The notes beneath the pieces are model-generated. The model saw only the letters and a list, made by a program, of their open reading frames with translations, was not told where the DNA came from and ran no database searches. A stretch of DNA of 64,000 nucleotides, taken from contig NW_027117338.1 of the NCBI RefSeq assembly GCF_038025025.1, forward strand, positions 2,356,001 to 2,420,000. Reading direction: 5' to 3'. Of the stretch, positions 60,950 to 64,000 are shown one piece after another (within the stretch, counting starts at the first letter, position 1; every line of letters begins with the position of its first letter). A program made the translations under genes and the position numbers. The DNA is from Phyllosticta citribraziliensis. Its lineage: Eukaryota.

Positions 60950-61892
60950 TCTCAGCGACTGGATTTCGAGGCCGTCAAACAAGAGCCCCGCGGTTTCCAA
61001 GTTGCTGATCGAAACGCCAGTGCAGTCTTGCAATATAATGAAGGACTGGTTGAGATAGAGCGACAACTTCAGCCTCTGGCGCCGCTTCTCGGATATCTCA
61101 AAAGAGGTGCGACGCGACCCCGGTTGCTTGGCCGGCAAGTCACCATGCCCCCGGCGCTTTGCGTGCTCCAGGGTTCGCCATCCTCTGCAAGCTCGCAAGT
61201 CCAACAGCTGATGACGTTGATGGTAGTACAACCGCAACGAGGCCAAACGCCGAAAACCCCGACGGTCGAGATTGAGGCAAAGTTCTTCATTGGGCGAGAC
61301 GGGCGGACTGCGTCAGGTCATTCGAAAGCGATGTCAATCATGGCGGACCCGCAGCGTGCTTGATGCTGGGCGGCGTAGTGTAATCCTCGGTCTCCAATAG
61401 GAGGTACGGCGTCGGCTCGCGGGAATTGTTTGTTTCGGCTGCCGGGCAGAGTGGGAGACGCGCTTCGTTGTGACGAGAAAAAGGTTGCATATGGCGTGCG
61501 AGACCCCGTGAGCCTGATGCCTGAAGCAGCCAACAAACGTCGAGGAGAAGATAAGCGGCACAGCGCCAGAAGAGATGCCCCGCACTGGTGCGTTTGGGCT
61601 GTTGATGCAATTGTGTTCGCCTGATTTGGCGCTTTTTGTTCAAGTGATGTCGAATGCTTCCTGTCGCGTCGCGGAGGGCGTATGGTCAGGCAGGCAGGGT
61701 GTGGAGAAACTATTCCCAATTCGATGGCTTTGAGCATAAGCGAGACTAGCGCACTAACGCCAAACCCGACGACCTCTCTACCCTCTTGCCCTCTCCAAAA
61801 TGTGCTGAACGTCGTCTTGTCTGTCTTTGTGGCCCACGTCAAGAGAGATCTCTCTATGGTCAAAACGCACTCCTTCTACAACCGGCACCAAA

Positions 61893-63499
61893 TCAACATT
61901 CGCCTAGTTGCGCTTGTGTAATAGTCGGCGGTTCAACTTGGGACCCTCTCCCAAAGAATTTAAACCTTTCCGTCATTGCTGCATAAACGGTTTTGAACTC
62001 GTCCGTATGTCCCCTGATTGGATCTTTGTTGCGTCGCGCCAAATCCGCATTGACCCAATCCAAAAGCTCATTCACGTATTCAATGTCCTTGCCTTTGAGG
62101 GAATGAAACTTTTTCCTGAAACCCTTCTCCTCGACTCTTTTGGCATATTCCTGTCTCATGGCATCGCGGTCTGGGAGTTCTGCATTTCCAGACAGCACTG
62201 TTGCCACCACCTTGGCCTGGAAGTCGAAGAGCACAAAAGTTGCGGTAAAGTAAGGAACTCCGACAAAGGCCAGAGTTGGATCGGGGATGTAGAAGATGTC
62301 CTTGTGGAGGTTGTGGTACTGCGTGCCGTCTGTGACGATTACTCTTTCATCGGCCTTTTCGGGCGGTGTGTCGTCCTCGTGGTAGGCTTTCAAGTATGGC
62401 AAGGAGACGTGGTACCCGGTGCAGACTATGACCTGGTCGACATCGCAAAGCTTGTGTCCAGACTTGAGGGTGATGGTGCCTGGAATGGCGCCAGTTTCCG
62501 AAGAATCCGATTCGGGTTGCGACGCGTTTTCGGAATCTGACGAGTCTCCCTCCTGCCCAAAGAAGTCGAAGGACTGGATTTCGCCAATTCTTGTTGCCTT
62601 TTCCGGCAGCAAAGTTGCAGGGAAATCGAAATCGCCGCCCCTTGCACTCTGCCAAATGTTCTTCGCCAGAGGTCCAATCTCTTTGGCAATGTCGGTGGAA
62701 GAGGTGCCCGCACCTATCAAAAGAACATTCTTGTCTTTGAATGCCTCAGGTGTCCTGTAGCTCTTCGAATGGATGACGCGAGAGGGCCATTTCGTCTTCC
62801 AGTCTCGAAGACCAGGGATGTCGGGCACTCTGGGAGCATGGTAATGTCCCGAAGCTACTACGATAGCGTCAAAGCGCTGGAAAGAGTCAGAACTGACAAC
62901 AAGCGTGGATGTAATTGCGGAAGAGCACCTCTGTGGTTTGAAAGTTGTCGGGCTGGTCGACGTTGTTGGCAATGGTAAGCTCCCACTTCCCATCAACCTT
63001 TTCTGCATTTTCAACCAAAGTCCGAAACCGGATCGAATGCTCCAAGTTGTGAGCTTTGACAATTCCTTGGACATAGCTGGCGACAACCGTATGGCTGGTG
63101 AATTCAGGAGTGTCTTGTGGAAAGCCCAACAATGCCGTGGTCATCAAAGGAATCGGCACGTTGTTCTTCAAGTCCCGATAGCACGGCCCTGCGGGAGCAC
63201 GCGCTGAGCCCTTCGAGGACTCATCTTTCCAGCCTGTTTTGGGTGGGTCAGAGGCGAGCGAGGCCTTCTCGGAAGGATAGTCGGGCTCTGGCGGCGGATT
63301 CTCGTCATAAACCCTGCTCCTAGTCAGTACTTCTGGCGCAATGTTGATATGGACTTGAGACTTACCATACGCCGCCCGCAGAGTCACGCCTTTCAAAGAC
63401 GGTCACCTCTACACCATCCTTCTTCAAATATGCGGCAGTCGCGGAACCACTCAAACCCGCCCCAATAACAGCGACATGCGATGCTTTGATCAAAGTCAT
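61893..63499 (-). CDS. Flavin-containing monooxygenase (Fmo1-like)
   Basis: VAVIGAGLSG, FERRDSAGGVW, PCYRDLKNNVP, FDAIVVASGHY, HSKSYR, IGAGTS, VCTGY; two introns. Confidence 0.92.
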
Positions 63500-64000
63500 T
63501 GTGCTCGACGCGCTAGCAAGTAGAGGTGACAGACGAGGCTGGAGAAGATGAGCTGAAGAGCTGACGGCTTCCCAATATTCTGTGCGACGGTGGCTGGTGA
63601 CTAAATTCGCAAAATGAAATAGAATGGCGTACGCCGCAAGGAAGGGAATGGTTTCGGCCCAGCACTTCCCATTTAAGACGTTTGGTTTGCATCACCAGAT
63701 TTCTTCACGACGCCAAAGCGATAGCGAATGGTGGCGCGGCAATGAGTGGGTTCCGACTTGCAAAAGAAATTGTGCAAGCCTTCGCAGTTTGCACCACTTG
63801 GCTTCCGTGGAACCAGCGGAATCGCTCAAACCTTACCAGTTAGTTGCGCCTCTCCGGGATGTAGTGAGCGCTCGAGCCGGGAGGTCCACAGCTGCCGCTG
63901 ACAGCCGCATTTGGTTTCAAACCGTGTAGTTTTATTGGGTGGTTTAGCCCCCGCAATACGTGCAACTCCCGCGGCCCGCGAAGCATGTTGTGAAAGCGAC

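Overview
Gene-dense, intron-containing eukaryotic DNA from a filamentous ascomycete (GT-AG introns with CTRAC branch points, Zn2Cys6 factor, SPO11). It is probably a Dothideomycete, but that is inference only. About 25 protein-coding genes can be supported: an AflR-like transcription factor, DUR3 urea transporter, glucosidase II alpha, NDK1, a secreted expansin-like (DPBB) protein, nitronate monooxygenase, SPO11, CAF-1 large subunit, glucosylceramide synthase, an island of orphan genes, CFD1, a vWA-Vwaint-Vint(Hint) protein, a GT25 glycosyltransferase, a PH-domain protein, an NCS1 permease, POM34, dephospho-CoA kinase, and at the right end a candidate catabolic cluster (flavin amine oxidase, two ACS-type MFS transporters, FMO). 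Three observations stand out. (1) One reading frame fuses two complete sarcosine/pipecolate/fructosamine-oxidase modules head-to-tail. (2) Two tail-to-tail orphan genes are cryptic, highly diverged paralogues of each other. (3) The motif RGGAGCATTC is strongly over-represented (14 exact 9-mer copies counted by eye versus about 0.5 expected) and forms 33-44 bp spaced arrays between convergent genes. No tRNA, rRNA, CRISPR or transposon was recognised. Gene spans include introns, and exon boundaries were inferred by eye.
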